A stretch of 64,000 bases of DNA from Octopus vulgaris. Its lineage: Eukaryota. A model generated the notes under the pieces. That model made no database searches. It saw only the letters and a list, made by a program, of their open reading frames with translations, and was not told the DNA's origin. The position numbers and the translations under genes were made by a program. This document shows positions 40,960 to 54,060 of the stretch, piece by piece (position 1 is the stretch's first letter; the number at the start of each line of letters is the position of its first letter). Location: contig OX597815.1 in assembly GCA_951406725.2 (NCBI GenBank), positions 71,796,001 through 71,860,000 of the forward strand. The letters run 5' to 3'.

Positions 40960-42740
40960 TCAAAGGCTTAGTAATTTGTCTGGTTTTATGCTTACTAGTA
41001 TTTTGTTCCTTCCTAATTTAACTCTAAGACCCTTCCATTCCAGTACCAGCTTCCACACCTGAAATTTCTTCTCTTATTCTACTAGAAATTCAGCTGTAAG
41101 AGCAAGATCATTAGTATAAAGAAGCTCCCATGAGCAATCAGCCTTAAATTCCTCTGTTAGGGCCAGGAAGTCTATGATAAACAAGAGGAGGCTGAGAACT
41201 CAGCCTTGGTGAACTACCTGCACACTAAATTCATTGCCATACCATTGCTGACTTCCACCTTATTGACACCATCCCTGTAAGTGGCTTGGGCAACTCGTAC
41301 CAAGCCACTCATAACTTTCATGACCTGGTCCTGCAATATGATATCTCTGTAATTACTTCTACGTCATCATCTTCATTATTGTAGCAGTTAGCAATAATGC
41401 TGCTACACCAACCACTGGGTATGACCCCTTCATGGACAATCTGATTTACTATACGGATGACTAGGCCATATCTCACTCAGCCAGTTATTTTAAGCATCTC
41501 AGCCATAATTCTTGATGAGCCAAGAGCTTTCCCTGTCTTCATATCCTTAATTGCTTTATCTATTATACTGCTGTGAATTCAAATAGCTGGTCCCTCAGTT
41601 GGGTCCACATTAGGAAAACTCTCCTCTCATGTATTCTCTACATTAAGCAGCCTTCCATCCATGAATCCTTTTTGGCAGAATCCTTAAGTGCAAGTGTACC
41701 ATCACCCGTCCAAACACATTTCTCTCCTACAACATCATAATTTTCTGTGACACACTGTCTTACAGTCTTGAATGCCTCAAGCCTCTGGTCTTCACATTGC
41801 AGAACATTGGCAAACTTCTTCCTTCCTGCTTCTTCCCTAATTAAATATACCTATTATCAAGCTTCTCTTTAGCTATCTGATATTGTTCTCTACTACCCCA
41901 GCTCTCAGGCCTTTGCGCTTATAGCTCAATCTACTACACTATTCAACAACCATATCACACTAGATTTGGTTGAGACTTTACACCAGCCACAAATTTGGTC
42001 TGTGACCCTCGTTGAGCTGTCCCATAGGAACTTCAAGTTGCCTTCTTTATTATATGTTTCTATTTCCTTCCCTCCTCCTCCATAAATGCTTCAGTTAAGA
42101 CATCTCTAAATCTCTGATTATTCAAAGCTTCCACATCTTGCTTTTCCAGCCTGGTTTGCTAATGACTAACCTATGTTGATGAATACTTGAGAAGGTCTTT
42201 ACAGTTATGAACAACTACCCATCCTGCTTTCTGTGGATATATAGTCAATCTGGCTTGTGTGGCCACCAGATTGATGGGTGATCAGGTAACAGGCTGGTTT
42301 CCTTAAGTTAGTGTTGCAGATCATTAGATCATTTGCATTGCAAAACTCCAATAGCCGTTCCCTCCTCATTTCACGAACCAATTCCATAGTTGCCATGCAC
42401 ATATGAAAATGACACCTAAAAGGTTTCATATCATCAGTCATTTTGTTCATTTCACAGTCCCAATTAAGAAGCATAGTTGCTGTTGTACTTTGCAAGACTA
42501 GTATAAGCATAAGTATCCTATCACACACTCTGACTACCTCAATCACCTTAGCCACCCATTTCTCAGTTAAAAATATGCCCACACCCTACCCCATCATTAC
42601 TGCTTTCCAAAGAGATTTTACACATACGTTCTTTGTGAACAACCTGGCTTAGGTTCCCCTCCACCTTACTTCCTGAGGGCAACACACATACGACTCAGTT
42701 GTAGCACCTCAACAATTTCACCAGACCTACATTGACTGTA
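40960..42740 (-). mobile_element. decayed RTE-clade LINE (endonuclease plus partial RT)
   Basis: Minus-strand peptides LLEFCNANDLMICNT and SQIDYI (APE endonuclease), and a VHQG*VLSLLLFI RT motif near 41180-41215. Confidence 0.8.
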
Positions 42741-45301
42741 CAAACTCAAATGATGCAGATAGGGTGACAAAAGTAAACAGGAACATTGAGGTGATGGACA
42801 GCAATCAGCACCTGAAAAGGTTGGCATGGACGCTTGCCTGCAGGCATATCATATCAGTTTGTCCCCACATTTAATTTGCCATTATTCATTCGCTTCACAC
42901 TTGCTGCATCTACCAGAGAAAGGGTGTAGTACACAACCATTGTTTATACAAAATGTAAATAAGTAATTAATTAGCTGGTAAGTATCCACAATTCACTTAC
43001 ATTTCTGACCAGTGGGTGTTAGCTAAGCCTTTTATACCACCGTCACTGACAGGGTGCTGATATAGGTGAGGTGTGGAGAATGGGTTGGCACATTTTGGGC
43101 AAGCAAGGCAGATAACTTATATGAGACGAAATATGCGAATTTATGAGAAAGACAAGATATTTCATCAAGCCAAACAACTTTCATTGGACGAGATATACAA
43201 ATTATCATGAGAAAGGTGTGGCTGTGTGGTAAGAACGTAGTTCAGTCCTAATGTATTGCACCCTGAGCAAGTGTCTTTTGCTATAGCCCAGGCCTTGTGA
43301 GTAGATCTGGTAGACGGAAACTGAAAGAAGACCATGATTATATATATATATATGTGTGTGTGTGTATGTATATGTGTTTGTGCTCCTGTCCCACTGCTTG
43401 ATAACTGGTGCTGGTGTGTTTACGTTCCTGTAATTTAGTGGTTCAGCAAAAACAAAAAAACAATAGAATAAGTATTAGGTCTTAAAAAATAAGTACTGGG
43501 GTCAATGCATTCGAGTAAAAATTCTTCAAGGCGGTGCCCCAACATGGATGCAGTCTAATGACTGAAACAAGTAAAAAATAAAAGATATATTTTCTGGACA
43601 AAGGCAGAGTAAAGAAGAAAGGGCGAAGCAAAGCAAGCGGGCAGGTCCATGTTATATTAAAGAGGCATAACAGAATTAACTTGAAATTAAATTAAACACG
43701 ATGTAATGAGGTGAAATGCAAGTATGATTTAATAGAACAACATAAATAAGAAGCAAGGAAAAATAAATTTGAGCTTATCTGAACATCTATTTTCATTTAA
43801 CACATGGGAGTAAGGTTGTAATAATAGCCAAGAGAACAGTAAATGAGAAACGAAGCTGACGTGTTGAAATATTTGTATGGGGCAACAACTGGAAGTTCGG
43901 AATTGGCCAGCAGAAGTGGTAGCCATCATCACAAATGAGTGAACCACATAACTTTCATGAGGTGAAATATACGAATTTATAAGAAATACGAGATATATGG
44001 ATCTTCAAGAAGCCAAAAGCTTTCATTGAATGAAATATAAAATGATCATGAAAAGACGAGATATGCTTATTTTCAGGGCAGAGAGTAATGATGAAAGGGG
44101 GAAGCAAAGCAAACAGGCTAGCCCATATTATATTAAAGAAGAGACTTACAAGAGTTGATTTGAAATTATATATATTTTAAGAAAATATTTGTCAACTCAG
44201 GCAATGAACTCCAATAACTGAATGGTTGTGGTGGCTGCACCTACTGATCCCACTACTTCTAAATTAATTAAGGGGGGACCTGCTGTGAATAAGGTCAAAC
44301 CAAAGAGCTATACTATTCATCTTGACAACTGCATACTCATACACACACCTCCATCTCCTTATAACTGCCATTCCTTCTCTTTCCATCACCTTCTATTCCT
44401 CCCTACCAAATACACACAGAAATACCCATACACCTCAATCAACTTTGTCAGTAGTCAAAATTGATAAACAACTCTCAGTTAAACACCCATTAATACCATA
44501 TCACCTGAAGAAATGAAATGTATGCATGAACATGATCTAGCCAATGACCATGGATTCTATGGACTGCACTGTAATCATCCAGGAATACGGACTATGACCT
44601 TAAGAAACATGCGTAGTGATAATTAAAATTTATAAATTCCATCAAAGGATTATTATTACTACATACATACGTATATACATACATACATACGTGTGTGTGT
44701 AAGTTATTGATGAGTTTACTCAGTTGGTCCAATGATCGGTTGTTAGAAATTGAATGACCTAGAAAATTAATGCTATTCTCATCAGAGTCATTTTCGGTTA
44801 TAACCAAGTTGAATACACACACAGAGGCTTATATCCTGCACCTGCTTTTGATTTCTAATAATTTCAGTACAAGGTCTCAAGAGGATGAAAGGTAAAGTTG
44901 ATGGCAAAGGAATCAAAAATAAAATGCCAAAATTAGACACAAAGCCCTTACCTGACACTCCAACAAAGGCATGTCACCTTCTTTTGCCTTTTAGTAATAC
45001 TATTCATTTCAAAGTTTTATCACAAGGCCAGAAATTTAAAGAGGCACAAGTAAATTGACTACATCGACCCCAGTGCTCAACTGGTACTTATTTATTGACT
45101 TCAGAAAGATGAAAGGCAAACTCAACCATGACATAATTTGAACTCAGACTATAGAGAGCAAGAAAGAATATTGCAAAGCATATTGCCCAATGCAGTAACA
45201 ATTCCACATGCTCATGGAATTATTTTATAATAACAATAATAATAATGATAATGATAATAATAATAATAAAGGATTGAGGTTACTCCTCCAGAAGGTAAAG
45301 A

Positions 45302-45481
45302 AACAATAAGAAAAGCGAGACTATTATCGAATGAACAATATTTCAACACATCATGTAGCTTCCACAAGTACAAAATATTACCGAAATGAAGTAGATTGAA
45401 ATGATTATTTTAAACTTGTGGAAGACACACGAAATGTCGAAATATTGTTCATTTGTTAACAGTCGCACTCTTCTTATTGTT
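45302..45481. repeat. ~75 bp inverted repeat pair flanked by (AAT)n
   Basis: aacaataagaaaagcgagact...cttccacaagt vs acttgtggaag...agtcgcactcttcttattgtt. Confidence 0.7.
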
Positions 45482-45619
45482 AATAATAATAATAATAATA
45501 ATAATAATCTTTTCTGCTATATGCAAAATGCTTGAAATTTGTGGGGAGAGGACTAGTTGATTACATTAGTGTTTCACTGGTACTTAATTTATTGAAAGAA
45601 TGAAAGGTCAAGTCAACAT

Positions 45620-45628
45620 TGTTGTTGC

Positions 45629-45660
<32 letters not shown>

Positions 45661-46008
45661 CCACTGCCTGGAATCGAACTTGGAATCTTGGGATTAGTAG
45701 CCTTTGCTGTTAATCACTAAGCCATATGCCCACAGACATATGGTGTAGTGGTTAAGAGCGCGGGCTACTAACCCCAAGATTCCGAGTTCGATTCCAGGCA
45801 GTGACTTGAATAATAATAATAATAACAACAACAACATCGAAAAATACCCCAGGAATGAGAACCCAGGTTCGAAATTTCCCCAAGACACCTGATGAAGGCT
45901 GGAGGGTCTATCAGCTGAAACGTGTTAACAACAAACAAGATGAGGACAAATATCCATCAATTGTAAATAATGTACATAATTCCCCATTTCTTAAATATAG
46001 AACTGAAG
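45620..46008. mobile_element. palindromic pair of tRNA-like heads followed by a Penelope-type hammerhead remnant
   Basis: Arms 45620-45730 (-) and 45735-45836 (+): TGGTGTAGTGGTTAAGAGCGCGGGCTACTAACCCC...GAGTTCGATTCC (A and B boxes), each tailed by (AAT)n. Then GACAC-CTGATGA-AGGCTG...CAGCT-GAAAC-GTGTT at 45884-45926. Confidence 0.7.
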
Positions 46009-46156
46009 TATACATAGTATACAGCACAAGAAGAAGTGATAGTGATGGAGTCCTCTTGATACAGGAGGACCTCTGCGGATAACTGAGGAACCCCACCATC
46101 CGAGATCACACTGAATACCAAGGACGAGTGCCCTCTCCAAATCTCTTTCTTCTGAC

Positions 46157-48992
46157 TCACAGGTCTACACTGAGAGTGGTACCGTCCACTCTTGCCATTT
46201 TCGCAACTTTCACCCACCTCTTCATAAATTCACTTGAGGACAGCGCCTCCCTCTCTACCCTCACTTTCCTTTTCAAGTGAAACTTGAAAGTGCTGATGAG
46301 GGGTTTACTAGAGAGGAATATTTCTGTCCTCATTCCTTTCAGCCTTGTCCACCAGACAACCTCTTTCACCGCAGCCACCAGACAAAGAAAAACTGCCTTG
46401 CCTGCCCGATCAAAGAAGGGTGGCGGGGCAATCATCATTATGGACACAACTGACAGACGGGTCCGTCCGACACGCGACAGCAGCTGTTCGATAAAACTCC
46501 ACAAGTCAGCAATGCCCGGACACTACACGAGTGCATGCATAACGGTTTCGTCGCTCTGCGAGCACCTCCGATAAGACCGTCTATAGGCACATCCGTGCCT
46601 ATAGAGTTTATCTCGGATCGGTAGCGTCCCCCGGTAGCACTGCCAGGCCAAAGACGTCTGGAAATTATCTATAACAATCCCTAACCGGAAAGTCCTCCGG
46701 AAGACTTGCCAGTTCATCTTCGTCGACACCCAGGGTCTTCCCGAGGACGTCGTCGCACTTCCCCGCTACTAATCTTCTGTATATAGCTCAAGTGGAGCCA
46801 CCGATCTTATTACCCAACTTGTAGAAGAATGTGAGCACCTGACGACATTCTAAATGCCAGGCGCTCAGTCTCGGCCTATCCTTTACCCAGGACAGCAGCT
46901 CCGTCAGAGAGACGAGCTGCAGAAAGGCGTGTCTCACAAAAGGAGCCCACATACGCTCACCTTCTAGAAATCATTGCAGGTGGTGCAACCTGAATGCGTG
47001 TCTGCGCGTCAAAAGCTACGGCATGCTTAAGCCGCCACTCTGAAGGAGTTGGCAATAGACTGACCGCCTGACCATCGGAACACGTCACTTCCACAAGAAA
47101 ATAAATAGGATACGCTCCAATGTAATCAAGCAGTAACTGGAGCAAGGCACGACGGTCAGACGATAAATAGACAGGTAGTATAGGCATTCGCCACCTCTGG
47201 CTGAACGTTCAGGGACAACTTCCTCTCTGTCCATTTTTGGGTAAGACAGGTCACCCTGTTCGTCGTCTCTTCCAAATTCTTATCCACCTGGAGGTCGGGA
47301 CCGAACCAGATCCCGAGCAGTTTAACTGGTCCGTCAGTCCAGCGTCCGGCGGCATCGATCTGCCTCTCCAGGTGCCCAGTTGCAATCCCACCGACTTGTC
47401 GGCGTTGATTTTGGCCCCCGCACCTGACTCGTATTCCCTTACAATGGAGCCGGCCGTCTGCACTTTTGAGGTGTCTGACACCATGACGGTGATATCGTCC
47501 GTGTACGCCGACACTTCCCTCCTGAGTCTAATTTCGAAAGGGAGGCCTCTTAACTGTTCCATCTTCCACAGCAGTGGCTCGAGAGCCAACATATACAGAA
47601 GAGGTGACGGCGGGAAGCTCTCACGAACCAAACGTACGATACTAAACGGTTCCGATAGGTGGCCATTTACTTTGACCACCGAGCAGGTGCCGCTGTGCAT
47701 TGCAACAATCCAGCCGCTGAGAATGGGTCCGAAACCGGTCGCTTTCAGGACGGCTTCCAAGTAGCGGTGTCGACCCTATGGAAAGCTTTCGACTGATCTA
47801 AATTGATCAGGGCCTCACCGAAGCCAGCTTTATCTCCCGCCCGCATAAGGTGGATGTTGTCTGGATAGACCTGCTCTAGATTGCGCACGTTTGTACCTCT
47901 CCGATCAGACTACCGACGACAAGCGCCAACCTTTTCGCTGACACCTTTCCCAGAATCTTAAACTCTGTGTTTAGCAGAGTTACGGGTCGAAAATTCTCTA
48001 GTACGTCCCCATTGTCGGCGTCCTTTCTCAGCAGCATTACTTGACCCCGCCTAACAGCACTAAGAACTTCCCCTTTCTGCAGCAAGTTACTGTAGACGTC
48101 TGCCAAGAGGATACCAAACAAATCTGGCATGGATACATAGAATACGTTGGGCAGACCATCCAAACCGGGCGATTTGCGACTTGTGCAATCGCTCATCGCC
48201 TCCCATTTCAGTGGCTGTATCGGCTTTGCGTAGAATCTCGTGTCCGTTACCGAGAGCCGTGATAGGGCCGTCCAGGTATGAAGTAAGGTCTACTACCGTC
48301 ACCGACCCATCACCCATGTGATATATGTAGCCGACCAATTTAAATTGTGAGACAACCTATGCTATCCCTATCCTCTGACCTTACAAATACTCTATCTATA
48401 TATGATCTGGATGACTCAGTGTGGTTGCTCCATGTCCACACTGGCACATCAGGGAAATCCAGTCCGTACCTGTCAGAAAGCTGGAAAGTCCTGAGCAGGT
48501 TTTCGAGGCTTTTACAGTCACCTCTGCTATGTACTAAACCCACACAGTCCTTCCGTGCATCCAAAATACTACTCCATCCCCCCACTAGTTATAAAGTGCG
48601 AGACGTTCTCAAGAATGTTTCCAGACACATGAAAAAATCTGGCCTTCCAGCCCCAGTCGGGGCATAAATCGCCACCAGTCTAAACGCGCCACATTCGCTG
48701 CCATTCACATCCAGGACCACCACCCTACCATCCGGGTCCAGGAAAATAGCCTGTACCTGAAGATCTAAGGATTTCCAGAGTACCACTTCTACACCGCCAC
48801 CCGCTCCCGATAAACCACAATATGAGAATACCTCGTAGTCCTCGAAAATGGAGCCAGAACGTGTTTTCCGAAGACCCTTATTTCACTAATGGCAGCCACA
48901 TCTAAATCAAACGATCTGAGATCGTTGAGGAAGTGACATTGATTCCAAGCTGATCCTAGGTCACACACATTCACACACCCCATTCTTAACAC
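46157..48992 (-). pseudogene. Tx1-type ORF2 (APE endonuclease - reverse transcriptase - C-terminal zinc motif), disrupted and internally deleted
   Basis: MGCVNV..L, DVAAISE, RLVAIYAP, SRSYIDRVFV; KSPGLDG, NFRPVTLLNTEFKIL, PSPLLYMLALEPLL, VSAYTDD; RCSQSDETVMHAL; many stops and frameshifts. Confidence 0.85.
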
Positions 48993-49199
48993 AGTCAGCT
49001 AGTCGGAGAAGAAAAAGAAGAGGTTACTCACTTTGATTTTCGAGAATCCCGGAAGATGCAGGCCTCTCTAATGGCGAAAAATTTTTAAAAGCCCTTCCAA
49101 CAGTCTTTTATCAACTGATTTTTTAAAAATCCTAACGCTACCTGGGAATTTTTCTCTTATGGTTTTATAAACGTCTGACGACGTTTTAATTAAAAGTCT

Positions 49200-50776
49200 G
49201 TCCTTGTGGGGTTTGAGGATGAAATCCTCAAAATTCCTTTTCCTCTGTCTCTATTTTGTTTTTGTTTTGACTTACAAAATCCATTAATTCACTGTTGCAC
49301 TTGTTTACAACAGTGAAATTGATGGATGCATTTCGTCTACAGTCTGATGAATATTCTTGCTTTTGAAGTTCCGTAATTGATTGATTTTGTGTTTCTGTGA
49401 TTTCATGCTGTTGATGATGTTGCTGTTTTTGATGTTGTTGTTGTTGTTGTTACTTTTGTTGTGAATTATGTTGCAGTTGTTGTTTCTGTATATCTTTTTG
49501 TTGAGGTCTTAGAGTAGGACTATGTACTCTCCTCTTCTTTCACCTACCCCCTTTTGTCACTGTGATTCATTTTTCGTTTAGTTCTTCTTTCCCCATGTCA
49601 TTGCAGTTGATGTTGGTTTGGGAGGTAGAGCGTTCAGGAGAAGTTTACTTTTCAGTGGCAATCGTGAGTAGACTCCACCTTTGTCTTAGTTTGGAAGTGG
49701 GTGTGGTTGTGGGTATGGGTGCAGGTGTAGGAATCTTGAGCACTTCTTCATGATTTTGCGTTTGTAGTATTTGTAGTGTTGGTAGATGTGGGAGTTTAGT
49801 TTTTCTTGTTTCAGGGCAATTTTCTGGTTTCAGTCACAGATCCACATATGTGATATCTTGGCTTTCTACCTTCCTCTAACACTTACAGGTGAGTACCATC
49901 TGGCAGATCGATTAGATCGGGCAACTGGTCGATATGGTCTTGCTTATATTGTAAGATCAGTTCAGTACTTACACCTGACTAGTTTTGTTTAGATATTTTC
50001 TTGGTCTCCAAGATTGTCACTTCATCTTCTTCTAAACCTGCCATGCTATTTCTTTGCCATGACGGCCACCGCTAACTAGGTGATGGATATTTCTGGCGGC
50101 ATATTCAACACACTAACTTTAGCAAGGCATTGGCAGCGATAGTTGGGGATTAAGAAGTTTTCATTCCTCCAAGTGGTCGCGGAATGGCACCTGGCTTCTT
50201 CTTCCGTCCCAAATCTTACCTTAATAGTTCCAAACTTCTCTCCTCAGAGATGTGGGTCTTCTATTCCCACACGCGCCCAAGACATTTTTGTATTTCACTC
50301 TCAAGAGCATTTTCTACTCGGCGTGATTTAATTCCGGTGCAGCGGTATGTGACAGTGCATCTCAAAATATTCTCTATCACGTCGGAGGGAGGCTTTAAAG
50401 TTACCTTTCTCCCATTCCTTTTAACAATTTTCCTTGCCATTTAAAAATCTTCGTTTATGCGGAAATCCTCCAAGTTTCCCACAGCAATCGCAAAAGAAAT
50501 TACAGTGAGGGCGGTTTTGGTGGCGGTGGCAGTGGCGATATTCGGGTTTCTAAGCTTTACTTCTTCAGTATCGTTGTTGTGGTTGTTGTTGTTGTTGTTG
50601 TCACTGCAGCTGCTGTTGATGCTGTTGTTGTTGTCACCGAACGTTTTGACGTTGCTTAGAGACAAAACAATATTCGCCTCGGTGACGTAATTAAGTGTAG
50701 GCCATTCTACATCTTTGTTCTCGTTTTTCTCCGACAAGGAACGCGTCCCATTGTCGAGGGCTTCTTTATCAGCCAT
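49200..50776 (-). pseudogene. Tx1-type ORF1 remnant
   Basis: My translation of ~50235-50055(-): GEKFGTIKVRFGTEEEARCHSATTWRNENFLIPNYRCQCLAKVSVLNMPPEISIT*LAVAV; ~49885-49840(-): VLEEGRKPRYHICGS (degenerate knuckle). 3' boundary approximate. Confidence 0.7.
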
Positions 50777-52000
50777 CTTTGAATAATTAAAGAAAATTGC
50801 AAAATATTTACATTTGCCGAAAGTGATAGATCAAACACATATGACAGTGGATGAACATTCCCCGTCAATGATATAATTGTGGTTCATTTTTTTTCTAGAA
50901 AGGGAGGAGATATCCAATTAAAAATCCAATTACGATAGGTATTCGTTAAGTAAATTCGTGAACGAATGAAGAAAATCAGTACTGTCTATTAGCAGAATCA
51001 AAACAGAGTGAATGGGTTGAAATGTTGGATAAATACTGAAAGGAAGAATGAGTATTGTACGCTATAGCGGGAGGAGACAGGTAGATAGATGCTGGGTGTT
51101 AGATATATATATACTAACCAGTATAGCGAGGAGTACTCTTGTCCAGAAAGGTTAGTGACTGCGTGTGCAAAGACAAAAAAAATAAAGGATGAAGAAGAGA
51201 TGTCTTTACACACGCATTCCCTAACATTTCTGGACAAGAGTGTCCCCGCCCCGCTATACTGATCCCATCGTGCAAGCAGTGTTCTTCGTTTCCAATATTC
51301 CACAAGAAAATGGCTAGTCATGCAGAAATATTACCTTACTTGGAAGCAGGTGAAGGTTGGTAATAGAACCAGCTGTAGAAAGATCTGCTTAAAAAATTCC
51401 GTCCAACATAGGTGTAGGTGTGGCTGTGTGGTAAAAAGTTTGCTTCTCAACTACATGATCTCGGGTTCACTCCCATTGCGTGGCACCTTAGGCAAGTGTC
51501 TTCTTCTATATCCTCGGGCTGACCAAAGTCTTGCGAGTGGTTTGGTAGACGGAAACTAAAAGAAGCCCTTCGTATATGTATGTGTGTATCTGTCTCCGAG
51601 TTTGTCCCCTACCACCGCTTGAGAACCGGTGTTAGTGTATTTACGTCCCGCGGTTCGGTGAAAGAAGCTGACAGAATAAGTAGCAGACTGTAAAAGAAAA
51701 TAAGTATTGCGGTCAATTAGTTCGACAAAAACTTCTTCGAGGCGATGCTCCAGTATGGCCGCAGTCTAATGACTGAGACAAGATAAAAGGAAAAAAAGTA
51801 AACCCGTGCGAGCATGAGAGGGAGGGCGATAAAACGTTCACTTTTCCATGCTTGCATGGGTCAGAGGGAATCTGTTGAGGAAGATTTTTCTACAGTTACA
51901 TGTCCTTCCTGTCACCACCCCTCGCTTATTTGCCAGCAAAGTAATATTTCCCCATGAGCAGACCACCGCTTTAATGGTAATGACATTTATCTACACCTAT

Positions 52001-52291
52001 GGCTCAGTGGTTAAGGCGTCGAGCTTACGATCGTGAGGTTGTGAGCTCGAATCCCGGACCGGGCTGCGTGTTGTGTTCTTGAGCAAGACACTTTATTTCA
52101 AGTTGCTCCAGTTCACTTAGCTGTAGAAATGAGTTGCGACGTCACAGGTGTCAAGCTGTATCGGCCTTTACCTTTCCCTTGGATAACACTGGTGGCGTGG
52201 AGAGGGGAGGCCGGTATGCATGGACTTGTGCTTGGGAGGGTAACATTCTAGGTGCAATCCCATGGTCTGTGTCGTGACCGAAGGGGGTTTC
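52001..52291 (+). mobile_element. tRNA-derived SINE with intact CpGs (tRNA-Arg-like head)
   Basis: GGCTCAGTGGTTAAGGCGTCGAGCTTACGATCGTGAGGTTGTGAGCTCGAATCCCGG followed by TGTGTTCTTGAGCAAGACACTT body. Confidence 0.8.
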
Positions 52292-52363
52292 TATATTATG
52301 CGATATCAAAACTGTTTGTGTGATACTTACATGATGAAGATGATGATGATAATGAATGAAATT

Positions 52364-53347
52364 AAGAAGGGAGCGAGTGATGGGGGAACAAAAATATCTT
52401 GAATATTTTGGTGGAGGGCATGACAGGAGAGGAGCTAGAATTTCTTATTTTGAGAACAACGGAAGAAGGGAGCGAGTGGTGAGGAACAAAAGTTTCCTGA
52501 ATATTTTGGGTGGTGGACATGGCAGGAGGTACGGGCATTTTTTTACTTTGAGTAACACGGAAGAAGGGAGTGGTGGGGAACAAAATTTTCTTGAATATTT
52601 TTGTGGAGGGTATGGCAGGAGAGGTGCAGATATTTCTTACTTTGAGAAGGTAGTGAACCGTGTGGAATTAAAATTTCCTGAATATTTTGGTGGAGGGCAT
52701 GACAGGAGAGGAGCTAGAATTTCTTAGTTTGAGAACAACGGAAGAAGGGAGCGAGTGGTGAGGAAGAAAAGTTTCCTGAATATTTTGGGTGGTGGACATG
52801 GCAGGAGGTACAGGCATTTTTTTACTTTGAGTAACACGGAAGAAGGGAGTGGTGGGGAACAAAATTTTCTTGAATATTTTTGTGGAGGGTATGGCAGGAG
52901 AGGTGCAGGTATTTCTTACTTTGAGAAGGTAGTGAACCGTGTGGAATCAAAATTTCCTGAATATTTTTGGTAGAGGCCATGGTAAGAGAGGAGCTAGAAT
53001 TTCTTAGTTTGAGAACAACGGAAGAAAGGAGTGAACCGTGAAGAACATAAAGGTGGGCATGACAAGAGAGGTGCGAGTAACACAGAAGAAGGGAGTGGAG
53101 GAGAACAAAATTTTCTTGAATATTTTTGTGGAGGGTATGGCAGGAGAGGTGCAGGTATTTCTTACTTTGAGAACCACGGGAGGAGGTAGTGAACCGTGAG
53201 GAATCAAAATTTCCTGAATATTTTTGGTGGAGACCATGGTAAGAGAGGAGCTAGAATTTCTTAGTTTGAGAACAACGGAAGAAATGAGTGAACCGTGAAG
53301 AACAAAAAAGGTGGGCATGGCAAGAGAGGTGCTGGCATTTGTTACTT
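52364..53347. repeat. purine-rich minisatellite, ~90-100 bp monomers with a 280 bp higher-order period
   Basis: Recurring TGAATATTTT..TGGAGGG.ATG.CAGGAGAGG monomer; gaagaagggagcgagtggtgagg recurs at 52461 and 52741. Confidence 0.85.
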
Positions 53348-53969
53348 AAAAAAACCACTGCTCTAAAGTTTATGTTTTATGTTTACATTTTTATACCAGA
53401 ATATTAAGTTCATCACGATAGCACGCTCTAATGACAACGATACATTACAACACAATACATTACAACAAACACCCGCCACTGGAGTTAACGATACTGTGAT
53501 ATATTTCAATATCATTAACGATGTCATGCTCGTTATATCACATACAACACATGCAACGACAAAAAAAGATAAAAATAACAAAAAAGAAAGCATCTCATGT
53601 TTCCTTGATGTAATGTTTAAGCCTTAAATACTTCAACTTGCCCCCCCTCTCTCTCTCTTCCCCACGCCGTTTACTTGAGAGTTCGCATTCTCAATATAAT
53701 GAAAAGTACGTAAAGATTAAGCTTCATTTTCGAAAGTTAAACATTAATTTCACCTTGAGCAGTTTCTTAATCCAAATAATCATAGCTTAGACATGCCTAG
53801 TGGCTATTAGTCAGGATAGCTCGTTCCACTTATGGTTGTTATTGATCCCATATATGGGAATGGTTATATTCATACGTACAGTTTCATGCACACACACACA
53901 CACACACACACATATGTACATATGTATATCTTTTACCTGTTTCAGTCATTAGACTGCAACCATGCTGGG

Positions 53970-53972
<3 letters not shown>

Positions 53973-54032
<60 letters not shown>

Positions 54033-54060
54033 CACACACACACACGCACACACATACATA
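53973..54060. repeat. (CA)n microsatellite
   Basis: Long, nearly pure CA run. Confidence 0.95.

Larger units (their letters stand above)
46009..50800 (-). mobile_element. near full-length decayed Tx1/L1-clade non-LTR retrotransposon
   Basis: ORF1 remnant from ~50776 and ORF2 48992-46157 in L1/Tx1 order (EN, RT, C-terminal Cys/His motif); end coordinates approximate. Confidence 0.85.

Noticed and set aside
45735-45806. Functional tRNA-Ser(ACT) gene
   Set aside because: Acceptor stem does not pair, there is no Ser-type long variable arm or oligo-T terminator, and it is embedded in a palindromic repeat; treated as a SINE head.
52356-53318. Gly-rich ORFs or a CRISPR-like array
   Set aside because: Translations of a minisatellite; no unique spacers; eukaryotic context.
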